Positions 1 through 8,403 of a stretch of 64,000 nucleotides of DNA are shown in pieces (positions within the stretch are counted from its first letter, which is position 1; each line of letters starts with the position of its first letter). The position numbers and the translations under genes were made by a program. The notes below the pieces were generated by a model. That model had not been told where the DNA came from. It worked only from the letters and a program-made list of their open reading frames with translations, and did no database searches. This DNA comes from an uncultured virus (IMG/VR IMGVR_UViG_3300013114_000208) (lineage: Duplodnaviria; Heunggongvirae; Uroviricota; Caudoviricetes): the IMG/VR virus record IMGVR_UViG_3300013114_000208, positions 1-64,000 of that record, one strand, 5' to 3'.

Positions 1-156
1 TGCCCTACAAAAGATATTCCCTCACACGACTCTAGAGTTCTAGGCGCATTACCAAAACGAAAATCATATAAGTCTAATCACACTATTGCGCCGGCCTTTA
101 ATAAAGGTCCATATATGGTGATTAGCGAAGACTGCATCAAGGACATAGGACGATGA
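1..156 (+). CDS. Hypothetical phage protein, 3' end only (5' truncated by window)
   Basis: Frame 1 is open from base 1 to TGA at 154-156 (…HTIAPAFNKGPYMVISEDCIKDIGR*). The stop overlaps the next start (ATGA). Confidence 0.7.
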   Translation, partial: CPTKDIPSHDSRVLGALPKRKSYKSNHTIAPAFNKGPYMVISEDCIKDIGR

Positions 157-641
157 CAAAAGACACAATAGCAAAACCATTAATAAAGGATCGTTTCTGG
201 ATCCTTTCTAAAGATGGTAAAAGTATAGGCATGCTTAACAAATTAGGCGATGCGTTCGTTATAACAGCAAACGGTCGCAAAAGTGCCTTTGAGAATAAGA
301 AAAACTTATTAAAGAAATATCCCTTACGGTTTATTAAATTTAATAAAGAGAATACTCGCGATACAAAAGTAGAAGAAGAAGTATACAACTACCCTATCAA
401 TTCCAAAAATGGATACAATACAATATTTGACCTAGCACGTAAACTACCAATGTTTACTAAACGCAAGGACAGCAAGTGTTGGTTTTGTGCCGGGCACTAT
501 ATTATAAACTTTAATAAGATAGGTTGGACTACTGCATACTGTCCAAAACTTATTACGCTAGATAGATATGGATACAAAGGTCCATACAAGTCAGTAGAGG
601 ATGCAAAGGAAGCATTAAAGTATGTCAAGTCCACAACTTAA
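153..641 (+). CDS. Conserved hypothetical myovirus protein
   Basis: 162 aa ORF coupled to its neighbours; C-terminal FTK..SK.W.CAG.Y…CPKLITL.RY..KGP pattern recalls large-myovirus proteins. Confidence 0.75.
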   Translation: MTKDTIAKPLIKDRFWILSKDGKSIGMLNKLGDAFVITANGRKSAFENKKNLLKKYPLRFIKFNKENTRDTKVEEEVYNYPINSKNGYNTIFDLARKLPMFTKRKDSKCWFCAGHYIINFNKIGWTTAYCPKLITLDRYGYKGPYKSVEDAKEALKYVKSTT

Positions 642-861
642 CCTACGCCCTATTGAAAACTTGCTACACCAAATTGCTGGACTAAAGCATAGTGGGCAAA
701 GTGAATTAAGAATAGGCAAACAACATTGTAATGATTTAGAACACTCGTTAGCGGTCCTTTTGACACATATCGCTACTTGTCAAGAGCAAATCATACAATT
801 ACAAGACCAAATCATACAAAATCAAGTAATAGAAGTAGAGTTTGACGCCGGAGAGTTCTAG
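622..861 (+). CDS. Hypothetical protein (coiled coil, ends DAGEF)
   Basis: 79 aa ORF overlapping the upstream gene. Confidence 0.7.
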   Translation: MSSPQLNLRPIENLLHQIAGLKHSGQSELRIGKQHCNDLEHSLAVLLTHIATCQEQIIQLQDQIIQNQVIEVEFDAGEF

Positions 862-870
862 TTAAGCCAC

Positions 871-899
871 GATAAATAGTTATATACGTATATAACTAT
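871..899 (+). promoter_or_regulatory. Putative late promoter (GATAAATA) overlapping a perfect 24-bp palindrome
   Basis: GATAAATA at 871-878; ATAGTTATATAC|GTATATAACTAT at 876-899; AGGAG RBS at 902-906. Confidence 0.6.
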
Positions 900-918
900 A
901 CAGGAGTGACTTAAACTA

Positions 919-1212
919 ATGAGCAGGCCTAAACCAGAAGTAATTTTAGAGCATACAAATAAAGACACATATAAATCCGACCAAATACTAAAAGTAGAAG
1001 GCATTTGGGCGGTGTTTTATGATGGTCAGCCTATTAATTTAAAAACTAGCAACTTACTTGTCAATTACCCTGGGCCAAAATATAAACGAGTTGTATTTGG
1101 TAATCCAGGACACGCACATAACCTAGCAAAAAAATTAAATCAGCAATTCAGAACTAATAAGTTCGAAGTCTTCTTATTATCAGAAGGTAAGAAAGTAGAA
1201 AAAGGTGAGTAA
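919..1212 (+). CDS. Conserved hypothetical jumbo-phage protein
   Basis: 97 aa with good RBS; MSRPKP…WAVFYDGQPINLK…YPGPKYK…GHAHNLAKKLN. Confidence 0.8.
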   Translation: MSRPKPEVILEHTNKDTYKSDQILKVEGIWAVFYDGQPINLKTSNLLVNYPGPKYKRVVFGNPGHAHNLAKKLNQQFRTNKFEVFLLSEGKKVEKGE

Positions 1213-1624
1213 CAGATTAAATAAAAATGATTATACTATTAAATTTATGGATCTCTTGGATATCCCACGCAACACAGAAAATATACGAAAGTATACTCTG
1301 TTTTGGTGGTATAATGTCAGAGGTTCTAGTGGTCTGCGACTCACAAAACCAGGTTATCTTACATTCACAAAAGAGTTAAAACTAAAAGAATACAGATTTG
1401 ATCTCAGTACTGTATCTGTAACAGGAAAACAACGCCTATATCTGGACTTGGATAAACGCATGCCGAGCCCATATTTCATACATGTCAACAAAATGGGCAG
1501 AATACAGAAATATATGAATATCTCAATATTTGATGAAAAACTGGCTACGATGTTTTATCTGAATGGTCACGACTTGGGAAAATACTTAGAAAGCGCAAAA
1601 ATCGCTGATTCTAGCGATTTCTGA
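1205..1624 (+). CDS. Hypothetical protein
   Basis: 139 aa, GTG start overlapping the upstream stop; WW.N.R..SGLRLT..G motif. Confidence 0.75.
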   Translation: MSNRLNKNDYTIKFMDLLDIPRNTENIRKYTLFWWYNVRGSSGLRLTKPGYLTFTKELKLKEYRFDLSTVSVTGKQRLYLDLDKRMPSPYFIHVNKMGRIQKYMNISIFDEKLATMFYLNGHDLGKYLESAKIADSSDF

Positions 1625-1635
1625 AAACCCTTTAA

Positions 1636-1726
1636 AATCAAGCACTTACAAAAATCTTAAAAATCCAGCAGAATCAAGCACTTACAGCACAAAAATAGTA
1701 GACAATTCGTCTATATTTGCTATAAT
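1636..1726 (+). promoter_or_regulatory. Early sigma70-type promoter with two upstream IHF-consensus boxes
   Basis: AATCAAGCACTTA at 1636-1648 and 1672-1684 (matches WATCAANNNNTTR); TAGACA 1699-1704; TGc-TATAAT 1718-1726. Confidence 0.75.
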
Positions 1727-1759
1727 AGTGGTATGATGCTAATTTACTGGAGCAAATAA

Positions 1760-2050
1760 ATGGCAAGTCGAAAGACAATCGAAGTTGAAAAAGTCAAGGG
1801 TATAGCAAATCGAGCCCTTGAAGCGTCCATGCGTTGGAGCGAAGTAGAAAGCAAATACGTTCCTGTTGATCGCTACTGGCGACAAGGCGTGATGCTGATG
1901 GTTGAGCAAGTCCTTATGGACTCCGGCAATTACAAGGGATTTGGCTACTTGACTGAAAACGAAGTTCCGAAAGGAGCATTGCCCGGTATACGGCGCGACA
2001 AAACGGATATATTCGAAAACACAGATTCCACTCGCGTGAGGTACTTCTAA
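1760..2050 (+). CDS. Hypothetical early protein
   Basis: 96 aa, GGAG RBS, first gene after the promoter; E.VL..SGNYKGF motif. Confidence 0.8.
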   Translation: MASRKTIEVEKVKGIANRALEASMRWSEVESKYVPVDRYWRQGVMLMVEQVLMDSGNYKGFGYLTENEVPKGALPGIRRDKTDIFENTDSTRVRYF

Positions 2051-2211
2051 TGGACCGCGATGCACGTGAACGTCTTTGTGAAGCAGTACAGGAAGGATTA
2101 CTGGATCCTGATAATTTCGTAGTAATGGTCGCCAAGTGGATGACTAACGACGAGATTATCGAGATGTGTGATGCAAATGAAATCAACCTTAAGATACTTA
2201 CGGGGTATTAA
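2050..2211 (+). CDS. Small hypothetical protein (53 aa, not in ORF track)
   Basis: MDRDARERLCEAVQEGLLDPDNFVVMVAKWMTNDEIIEMCDANEINLKILTGY*; TAATG coupling; fills the gap exactly. Confidence 0.7.
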   Translation: MDRDARERLCEAVQEGLLDPDNFVVMVAKWMTNDEIIEMCDANEINLKILTGY

Positions 2212-2212
2212 T

Positions 2213-2536
2213 ATGGAAGGCTTTAACGAACAAGAGAAAAACAAAGAAGCAATCGACGCTCTTCATCGAGTGGACTTTGACGCAATGGACATGGATCAGT
2301 TGAAGGCTGTAAGCAAACTGGTCATGGAGGCACGCCGCCGCAAGGGTAAGGCACGTATTGGTGCTCTACAGCCAGGTGACCGTGTTATGGTAACGAGTGG
2401 TCGTAAGACTAACCGTGGCCGTGTTCCGAAGCAGATGACGGGCGATGTTGTGGAAGTCAAACGGACTCGCGTAGTTGTTGATTGCGGGCAGTATGGCTCA
2501 TGGCGTGTTCCGGGGACGATGCTCGAGAAGATATAA
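2213..2536 (+). CDS. Hypothetical protein with SH3/KOW-like C-terminal domain
   Basis: Start moved to ATG 2213 (GGGG RBS-like); LQPGDRVMV…GDVVEVKRTRVVV…WRVP pattern. Confidence 0.7.
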   Translation: MEGFNEQEKNKEAIDALHRVDFDAMDMDQLKAVSKLVMEARRRKGKARIGALQPGDRVMVTSGRKTNRGRVPKQMTGDVVEVKRTRVVVDCGQYGSWRVPGTMLEKI

Positions 2537-2539
2537 CAA

Positions 2540-2983
2540 ATGGAATTTACTTCCTGCCGGCTACAAGACTTACAAGAGTACGCCTTCCGGCCGGCGGGCA
2601 GTATCTATCTTGATGGAGAAGAAGTCAAATACAAGATAGAGGATCCAGAATTTAAACTATCGCAAGGACAAATATATGCCTGGGTAGTTGGCGATTCAGT
2701 TGTTTACATAGGCATGGCTAGTAAGGGCATCAATAAACGACTAGGTGAACATCGCGGAGGATGGCGTGGAGGAAGTGCCACTGGGATCAATAAAGCGAAA
2801 CTGATAAGAGATACAATCAACAGTGGGCAAGAGATTAAAATATACGGAAGAGTTTGTGATAGTATCAAACAATCGTATATGTTACTTGGAGAACAGGTTA
2901 CACGTGAAATTAATTTAGTGGATCAGGAAGAAGATGCACTACTTAAACGGTTTAAACCTGTGTGGAATATCAATGGGAAATAA
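2540..2983 (+). CDS. GIY-YIG endonuclease, T4 endonuclease II (DenA)-like
   Basis: QIYAW…VVYIG…KRL..H; KAKLI…SGQEIKIYGR.C; EE..LLKRFKPVWN, collinear with the EndoII motif order. Confidence 0.75.
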   Translation: MEFTSCRLQDLQEYAFRPAGSIYLDGEEVKYKIEDPEFKLSQGQIYAWVVGDSVVYIGMASKGINKRLGEHRGGWRGGSATGINKAKLIRDTINSGQEIKIYGRVCDSIKQSYMLLGEQVTREINLVDQEEDALLKRFKPVWNINGK

Positions 2984-2984
2984 T

Positions 2985-3425
2985 ATGGCAGATGTCATCT
3001 TTGATGTGGATGGGACGCTGATGGACATTGACCATCGGCGCCATCATGTTGAGCAAAAACCGAAAGATTGGAAAGCCTTTCGTGCGGACATGATCTGGGA
3101 CACTCCCAACAAGGATGTCGTGATGATGGCCAAATTGCTGAAAGAGGCAGGGCATCGTATTATTATTTCCACAGGGCGGCTTGAGCAAGACAAAGACTTG
3201 ACGCTCAAGCAATTAAAAGATGCTGGTGTTAAGTACGACCTAGCATTGTTCCGAGGTATGTGGGAACAATACCATTCCGATTCTGAGGTTAAAGAAAATA
3301 TGCTTGCGGATATGAAGAAGTTTGGATTCAATCCTACAATGGCATTTGACGACAGAAACAGAGTTGTGGACATGTGGAGACGCAATGGACTCCGCGTATT
3401 TCAAGTCGATAATGGAGACTTTTAA
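2985..3425 (+). CDS. HAD-family 3'-phosphatase (PseT/PNK phosphatase-domain-like, standalone)
   Basis: FDVDGTL, STGR, K, FDDR..VVDMWR..GL.VFQV..GDF. Confidence 0.85.
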   Translation: MADVIFDVDGTLMDIDHRRHHVEQKPKDWKAFRADMIWDTPNKDVVMMAKLLKEAGHRIIISTGRLEQDKDLTLKQLKDAGVKYDLALFRGMWEQYHSDSEVKENMLADMKKFGFNPTMAFDDRNRVVDMWRRNGLRVFQVDNGDF

Positions 3426-3580
3426 TGGATGCTGAACGATTATTTTGGATGACACGCGAGTTTATTAAAGACAAGCTGGCAGAAATGTCCGATGAGGACA
3501 TAGTTGCAATTGAGCATACCCTCCCAGAGGATGCTGTGCTCGCATTTGATATTGACGAAATATTGGAGAGTTTGCAATGA
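3425..3580 (+). CDS. Small acidic hypothetical protein (51 aa, not in ORF track)
   Basis: MDAERLFWMTREFIKDKLAEMSDEDIVAIEHTLPEDAVLAFDIDEILESLQ*; coupled at both ends. Confidence 0.6.
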   Translation: MDAERLFWMTREFIKDKLAEMSDEDIVAIEHTLPEDAVLAFDIDEILESLQ

Positions 3581-3801
3581 CATATAAAGGACCAGGTTTT
3601 TATAACGAGTATGGCGAACGAGTGTGTTCGTTTCATCCACAATCAATGATTGAATATCTTTCTAATCTTGGATTTAAAATGGTTGAAGATACGGATGACT
3701 TCAATTCTGAAGAAGTAGAAGAACAGCAACGCCGGGACGAGAAGAACGAACTCTATGGTCCGCGCAAAGAATTTCAACTTAAATGGAGAGGGACTGATTA
3801 A
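3577..3801 (+). CDS. Hypothetical protein
   Basis: 74 aa, ATGA overlap, GGAG RBS. Confidence 0.6.
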   Translation: MTYKGPGFYNEYGERVCSFHPQSMIEYLSNLGFKMVEDTDDFNSEEVEEQQRRDEKNELYGPRKEFQLKWRGTD

Positions 3802-3802
3802 C

Positions 3803-4381
3803 ATGAAAAAAATACTATTCGCAGTAACATTGCTTTTATCTATGTCAGCAATTGCTGACATAAATGAAATAAAAGCCAAAAACACTCGTCTACATAATTG
3901 CACCGCTGAAAAAGGTGTAACGTGGAGAGGCAAAGCAGAAACAAAATTAAACACGGCCGAGATTGAACAACTTCTATCTGGTAATACTCTCCTATCAGTT
4001 GATAGTTGGGGCACTTTTGCGATCTATTATCCTACAAATAAAAAGACTGTTGGCTGGATGCCTAAATTAAATGGCAAGGACTGGTCAAAAGGAACTGTTA
4101 CTTTTGAAAACGACAAGTATTGCAGGCAGTGGAAGGAATGGAATAGTGGTAAGAAAATAAAATGTTGGGAAATACATCGAGGCGAACAACGAATTGATAT
4201 GCCATCATTTTATTTTGTTTGCGGAAATGGCGTTCCCATTGATACCCAACATATTGTTTTTCCGGGTAATTATCTAAATATTGAATACAGTGGCAATGGT
4301 ATGAAATCAGGGAAATTAACTCAGGACAACGCAAAATCAAAGGAAACTTGGCAGAAATACTTTGCAGATTTTGAAAAATAG
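3803..4381 (+). CDS. Secreted/periplasmic protein, DUF995-like beta domain
   Basis: Signal peptide MKKILFAVTLLLSMSAIA; L…EI..LLSGNT…YY…G…C..W…C pattern. Confidence 0.65.
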   Translation: MKKILFAVTLLLSMSAIADINEIKAKNTRLHNCTAEKGVTWRGKAETKLNTAEIEQLLSGNTLLSVDSWGTFAIYYPTNKKTVGWMPKLNGKDWSKGTVTFENDKYCRQWKEWNSGKKIKCWEIHRGEQRIDMPSFYFVCGNGVPIDTQHIVFPGNYLNIEYSGNGMKSGKLTQDNAKSKETWQKYFADFEK

Positions 4382-4390
4382 GAGAAAATA

Positions 4391-4630
4391 ATGAGTGATT
4401 ATGATACACCAAAATGTACCTACAAGAAATTATTTCCTGTAGATGAGTGGGGTCGACCAGGCGGTTTTTATTCGCTTGCTGACGTGCCCATTACCAATGA
4501 GAAAGTGCTAGTGAGAGAAGGAACTGTAATTGCAGTAGATTACGAAACAGAAGTATATGAAGTTAAGGACAGCAAAAAAGGTTGGACTTTTGTACTTCCG
4601 ATAAAAGACGTCGACATTATCGAAGAATAA
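4391..4630 (+). CDS. Hypothetical protein
   Basis: 79 aa, AGGAG RBS. Confidence 0.7.
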   Translation: MSDYDTPKCTYKKLFPVDEWGRPGGFYSLADVPITNEKVLVREGTVIAVDYETEVYEVKDSKKGWTFVLPIKDVDIIEE

Positions 4631-4640
4631 CACAAAACAC

Positions 4641-4669
4641 TTGACAATATACCTTAGATCGTGTATCAT
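4641..4669 (+). promoter_or_regulatory. Sigma70-type promoter
   Basis: TTGACA 4641-4646, 17-bp spacer, TATCAT 4664-4669. Confidence 0.75.
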
Positions 4670-4751
4670 AGTATATTGTAATAAAGATTTCCACATTATG
4701 TGGGATAGGGAAAGGCGGGCCCTTAATCTGCCATTTTGAAAGGAGTCATAT

Positions 4752-5006
4752 ATGACAACCAAAACAGCAAAGGTGCTTTCAGCACTACAGGAAGGCCAGG
4801 AACTTACCGCGAAGCAGATCTCTGCTCGTTGGAATGTTGGGAACCCAGGCGCTCTGATTCAGAGTCTTCGTTTCCAAGGCCACCCGGTCTATACCAACAC
4901 CCGTGTTGATACGAAAGGACGCACAAGTTCGAAGTATCGAATGGGTACGGCATCTCGTGCCGTAGTTGGCGCCGGTTACCGCGCTATTGCTAACGGTTCT
5001 GCGTAA
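4752..5006 (+). CDS. Small winged helix-turn-helix DNA-binding protein
   Basis: KVLSALQEGQELTAKQI…NPGALIQSLR..G.PVYTN…KYRMG; AAGGAG RBS. Confidence 0.8.
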   Translation: MTTKTAKVLSALQEGQELTAKQISARWNVGNPGALIQSLRFQGHPVYTNTRVDTKGRTSSKYRMGTASRAVVGAGYRAIANGSA

Positions 5007-5015
5007 GCAACAATC

Positions 5016-5052
5016 ATGGGGGGCGCAATGCCCCCCATACTTTTCATATTTT
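5016..5052 (+). terminator. Intrinsic terminator
   Basis: ATGGGGGGC-GCAAT-GCCCCCCAT 9-bp stem (5016-5038), followed by ACTTTTCATATTTT. Confidence 0.8.
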
Positions 5053-5069
5053 AACAACAGGTAATAGTA

Positions 5070-5372
5070 ATGCCAAATAAAAAAGTAGTTTATAAAGTCA
5101 AGAAAATGAAGCCGAGTGATTTTCCTCCGATTAGGGGTCGCTCAAGAGGTAAATGGTCTCGCCAGATGGAGGCGGTTTTTGATAAAGGTCCTGGATATGG
5201 TTTCACAGTTCCAGCAAGTGACCCAAGTTCAAAGAGACGGGATATAGGTGGTGGATGTGCCGCGTATAGTGCCGCTAATTCTTATGCAGTACGGAACGGC
5301 AAAACAATCTCAGTACGAAGAGATGAAAAAGATAACGTCCACATCATGCAAGTTGATCCACGGATAAAATAA
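5070..5372 (+). CDS. Small basic hypothetical protein (possible DNA-binding)
   Basis: 100 aa, K/R rich; P..GR.R.KW…GFTVP…AANSYA.RNGKTISVRR. Confidence 0.65.
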   Translation: MPNKKVVYKVKKMKPSDFPPIRGRSRGKWSRQMEAVFDKGPGYGFTVPASDPSSKRRDIGGGCAAYSAANSYAVRNGKTISVRRDEKDNVHIMQVDPRIK

Positions 5373-5457
5373 TGGAAGCATTGTGTCTCGTAATGTTAGT
5401 AATGGCATTACACGTTTTTCTTTAATAGAAGACAACACGCCACATTAGCGAAATATT

Positions 5458-5952
5458 ATGGCAACAAAAGGCGATGTCCTTCATTTAGAAATTGCCCATT
5501 TTAAAAATTTCATGAAGTATCTACCAAAGTGGCGCAGTTATGATAAGAAAACAGTAAGATTGCTATTAGAAGGCGGTCTATTAGAGGTTAGTACTTGTTT
5601 TGAAAACGCTGTGGCAAAAGTAGGCAAGTATAAAGTTATATCAGAAGATCAGGCAGATTTAAGTGATGGTTCTGATTGTAAAATGGCATCTGCTCGAACA
5701 CATAATTATGGAAGACAATACGGCGCTCCAATAACAAGCGTTTCCGGAAAAACTGGTACACTACGTATTCAAGTTTACGAACGCAAGCAAAATAAATTTT
5801 ACTATTTTGCAATACCACGTGATGCTTATAAACATATTTCGAAAACATCTAATATAGATATTCCTTTTGATAGAGATACTGGTGACCCAAAAAGGGCAAA
5901 TCACTGGTGGGCATGGGAGTGCGAATCATTTAAAGGAATGTGTATTAATTAA
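5458..5952 (+). CDS. Hypothetical protein, possible PD-(D/E)xK nuclease fold
   Basis: 164 aa; E…ADLSDGSDCK motif followed by YYFAIP. Confidence 0.55.
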   Translation: MATKGDVLHLEIAHFKNFMKYLPKWRSYDKKTVRLLLEGGLLEVSTCFENAVAKVGKYKVISEDQADLSDGSDCKMASARTHNYGRQYGAPITSVSGKTGTLRIQVYERKQNKFYYFAIPRDAYKHISKTSNIDIPFDRDTGDPKRANHWWAWECESFKGMCIN

Positions 5953-6667
5953 GAAGATCCCACAAACCCAAATCAGGTAAGAGATACTCTCGGATAGCCG
6001 AGAGTTCACCATCTAAATGGTCAACTAAGATTTTGTGAACACGATCTTCTATAAATTGGCGGTCAGAATCTTCTACACGCTCTGGATCAATAGGTATTAA
6101 TCCATTAGCATGTCCATCAACACGCTCAGCAAAATGTTGGGCGTGTTTTTCTTTAGCTATATTGTGAAAGTTATCTATATCGTCTATCTTTAATACTTCA
6201 TATTCTAAATTAAAACTAGACAATGATGTTAATATACTAATCTGTAATTTAAGATGATAATCACGCATGTACATATCTAAATGTTGAAGAAAATGAAATA
6301 AAAATGCATCTACAGCATCTGTAGGCATTTTATTTAATACTTCCTTAATATTAACATGCTCTGATGCTGGTGATGCTATTATATTGGTAGGATCTCCTGC
6401 TTGTGAACCTACATCATAAGCAGGCCGCAAATTACTAATTAGTTCAGCGAATCCTTTTACGAATCTATCGATAGGATCTTGTATAAAAACATAGGTAGGA
6501 AAATGCTTATAGATATCGTGATTGCCGACAAAATCCCATCGGGCATTTGTAAATTCGTAATGGTTTAGCCACTTGTGTAATCGAGTACTACCATTCTTGC
6601 CTATGGTCTGAACACAGAATGGCAATGCTTCATCGAGCCTGTCGTGAACCCAGATCTGTTGTGTCAT
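5945..6667 (-). CDS. Sulfotransferase family 2-like protein
   Basis: IGKNGSTRL (5'-PSB-like), FIQDPIDRFVKG (3'-PB-like), DYHLKLQ; upstream GGTAAATA motif. Confidence 0.65.
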   Translation of the reverse strand: MTQQIWVHDRLDEALPFCVQTIGKNGSTRLHKWLNHYEFTNARWDFVGNHDIYKHFPTYVFIQDPIDRFVKGFAELISNLRPAYDVGSQAGDPTNIIASPASEHVNIKEVLNKMPTDAVDAFLFHFLQHLDMYMRDYHLKLQISILTSLSSFNLEYEVLKIDDIDNFHNIAKEKHAQHFAERVDGHANGLIPIDPERVEDSDRQFIEDRVHKILVDHLDGELSAIREYLLPDLGLWDLLN

Positions 6668-6704
6668 AACATCAATATTTACCCAGATCGAAAAAAGCCT
6701 TTAA

Positions 6705-6794
6705 AATCAATGACTTAAAAAAATGTGAAAAATCAATGAAATCAAGCACTTATCGGCCCAAAAAGGTAGACTTCTGACAGGAATCTGCTATAAT
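6705..6794 (+). promoter_or_regulatory. Early sigma70-type promoter with two upstream IHF-consensus boxes
   Basis: AATCAATGACTTA 6705-6717; AATCAAGCACTTA 6740-6752; TAGACT 6767-6772; TGc-TATAAT 6786-6794. Confidence 0.75.
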
Positions 6795-6832
6795 AGTAGA
6801 ACAAGTTAAGGAATCAATAGGAACCCAAGTAT

Positions 6833-7243
6833 ATGATACCCGAACGAGAAATGATGGACCGCATAGTTGAATATGTAAGTATGGTCCAAACCATGAATGA
6901 CAATTACTGGAAATTGATGGGATACACCCATGGTCCTTCCAACGAAGTTGACGTCATTTTTGGCAAGAAATACGCGAAAGTCGTTACAATGCACCGTCAC
7001 TGGAAAAATGGCGATCCTGACATTGTTGGCGAAGAGAACACTGGAGTTGAGTACGGCCAGACTACTGTTCACACGTTCGTGAATATGGAGAACGGCGACA
7101 TTTTGAAGGGTAGTTGGAAGGCTCCCGTGAAAAATGGTGTCCGTGGCAATATTTTCGCAGAAGATATTGGTGCCAGTTGTGTAAATGAGTATGGCACCGT
7201 TTATCTCAAAGGCTATTCCGCTGGGCGGAAAGGCATTTTGTAA
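6833..7243 (+). CDS. Conserved hypothetical phage early protein
   Basis: GKKYAKVV…VHTFVNMENGDILK.SWKAP.K.VRGNIF motif. Confidence 0.8.
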   Translation: MIPEREMMDRIVEYVSMVQTMNDNYWKLMGYTHGPSNEVDVIFGKKYAKVVTMHRHWKNGDPDIVGEENTGVEYGQTTVHTFVNMENGDILKGSWKAPVKNGVRGNIFAEDIGASCVNEYGTVYLKGYSAGRKGIL

Positions 7244-7264
7244 ACCCAAGTAAGAGGAAAAACT

Positions 7265-8392
7265 ATGGCACAATCAGCACAAGCCGAAGTTCGCACCGTC
7301 ACCCTGCGTGGAGCGGAGAAGTCAATCCGCCGCGCAATGAAGCGGAAGCGACCAATATTTGTATGGGGGCCGCCAGGCATTGGTAAGAGTGACCTTATGG
7401 AGCAGATTACTGGCTCTTTTAAGAATGGTTGGCTTATCGACCTGCGTATGGCTTTGATGGAACCCACCGACTTGCGTGGTATTCCGTATTACAACCAGGC
7501 CGCGAATACAATGTCCTGGGCACACCCTGTGGATCTTCCCACAGCGGAACAGGCCGCAGAACACGACATCGTCATATTGTTTTTGGACGAGTTAAACTCT
7601 GCTCCGATGGCAACTCAGGCCGCCGCTTATCAGTTGGTGCTCAACGGACGAATTGGTACTTACAAATTGCCCGATAACTGTGTTATCGTAGCGGCAGGGA
7701 ACCGTGAGACTGACCGTGGCGTCACTTACAGAATGCCCTCCCCGTTGGCAAACCGTTTCGTCCATGTTGAAGTGTCCGCAGATTTTGATACGTGGCAGGA
7801 GTGGGCAGTTGAACATCAGATTCATCCCGATGTGTTGGGTTACCTGACCTTCTCAAAGAACGATCTCTACAATTTTGATGCGGGTAGCAACGAACGCTCG
7901 TTTGCCACACCGCGATCCTGGGTGTTTGTGAGTGAGTTACTTCAGGAAGAAGATGGCGATCCGGATATGACGGAGAGCGAAATCACAGACTTGGTTGCTG
8001 GTACGGTTGGTGAAGGCCTGGCTGTCAAGTTTAACGCTCACCGAAAGCATTCAGGCAAATTGCCCAACCCGTCAGATATACTTGACGGCACGGTGACCAA
8101 ACTTGAAGTGAAAGAAGTGTCTGCAATGTACTCGCTAACCATCTCGATGTGTTACGAGTTGCGTGATTCCTACAAGAAGGCCAAGAAGCAGAATCCTGGT
8201 AAGGAATGGCATGCAATGTGCGACAACTTCTTCCGTTTCATGATGGATAACTTCCTTACAGAGGTGACGGTAATGGGCGCGAAAATGGCCCTTACGAACT
8301 ACAACCTGCCGCTAGTGCCTGGTAAACTCAAGTCGTTTGATGAGTTCCACAAGCGGTTTGGAAAATACGTCATTTCGGCAATGGAGGCATAG
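7265..8392 (+). CDS. MoxR-like AAA+ ATPase
   Basis: Walker A GPPGIGKS, Walker B LFLDELN, sensor AAGN, Arg finger LANRF, TPRSW. Confidence 0.92.
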   Translation: MAQSAQAEVRTVTLRGAEKSIRRAMKRKRPIFVWGPPGIGKSDLMEQITGSFKNGWLIDLRMALMEPTDLRGIPYYNQAANTMSWAHPVDLPTAEQAAEHDIVILFLDELNSAPMATQAAAYQLVLNGRIGTYKLPDNCVIVAAGNRETDRGVTYRMPSPLANRFVHVEVSADFDTWQEWAVEHQIHPDVLGYLTFSKNDLYNFDAGSNERSFATPRSWVFVSELLQEEDGDPDMTESEITDLVAGTVGEGLAVKFNAHRKHSGKLPNPSDILDGTVTKLEVKEVSAMYSLTISMCYELRDSYKKAKKQNPGKEWHAMCDNFFRFMMDNFLTEVTVMGAKMALTNYNLPLVPGKLKSFDEFHKRFGKYVISAMEA

Positions 8393-8403
8393 GATACTTG
8401 GGA

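Noticed and set aside
2540..2983. Homing endonuclease / mobile intron
   Set aside because: No interrupted host gene and no C-terminal NUMOD/HTH DNA-binding extension; fits a standalone EndoII-like enzyme better
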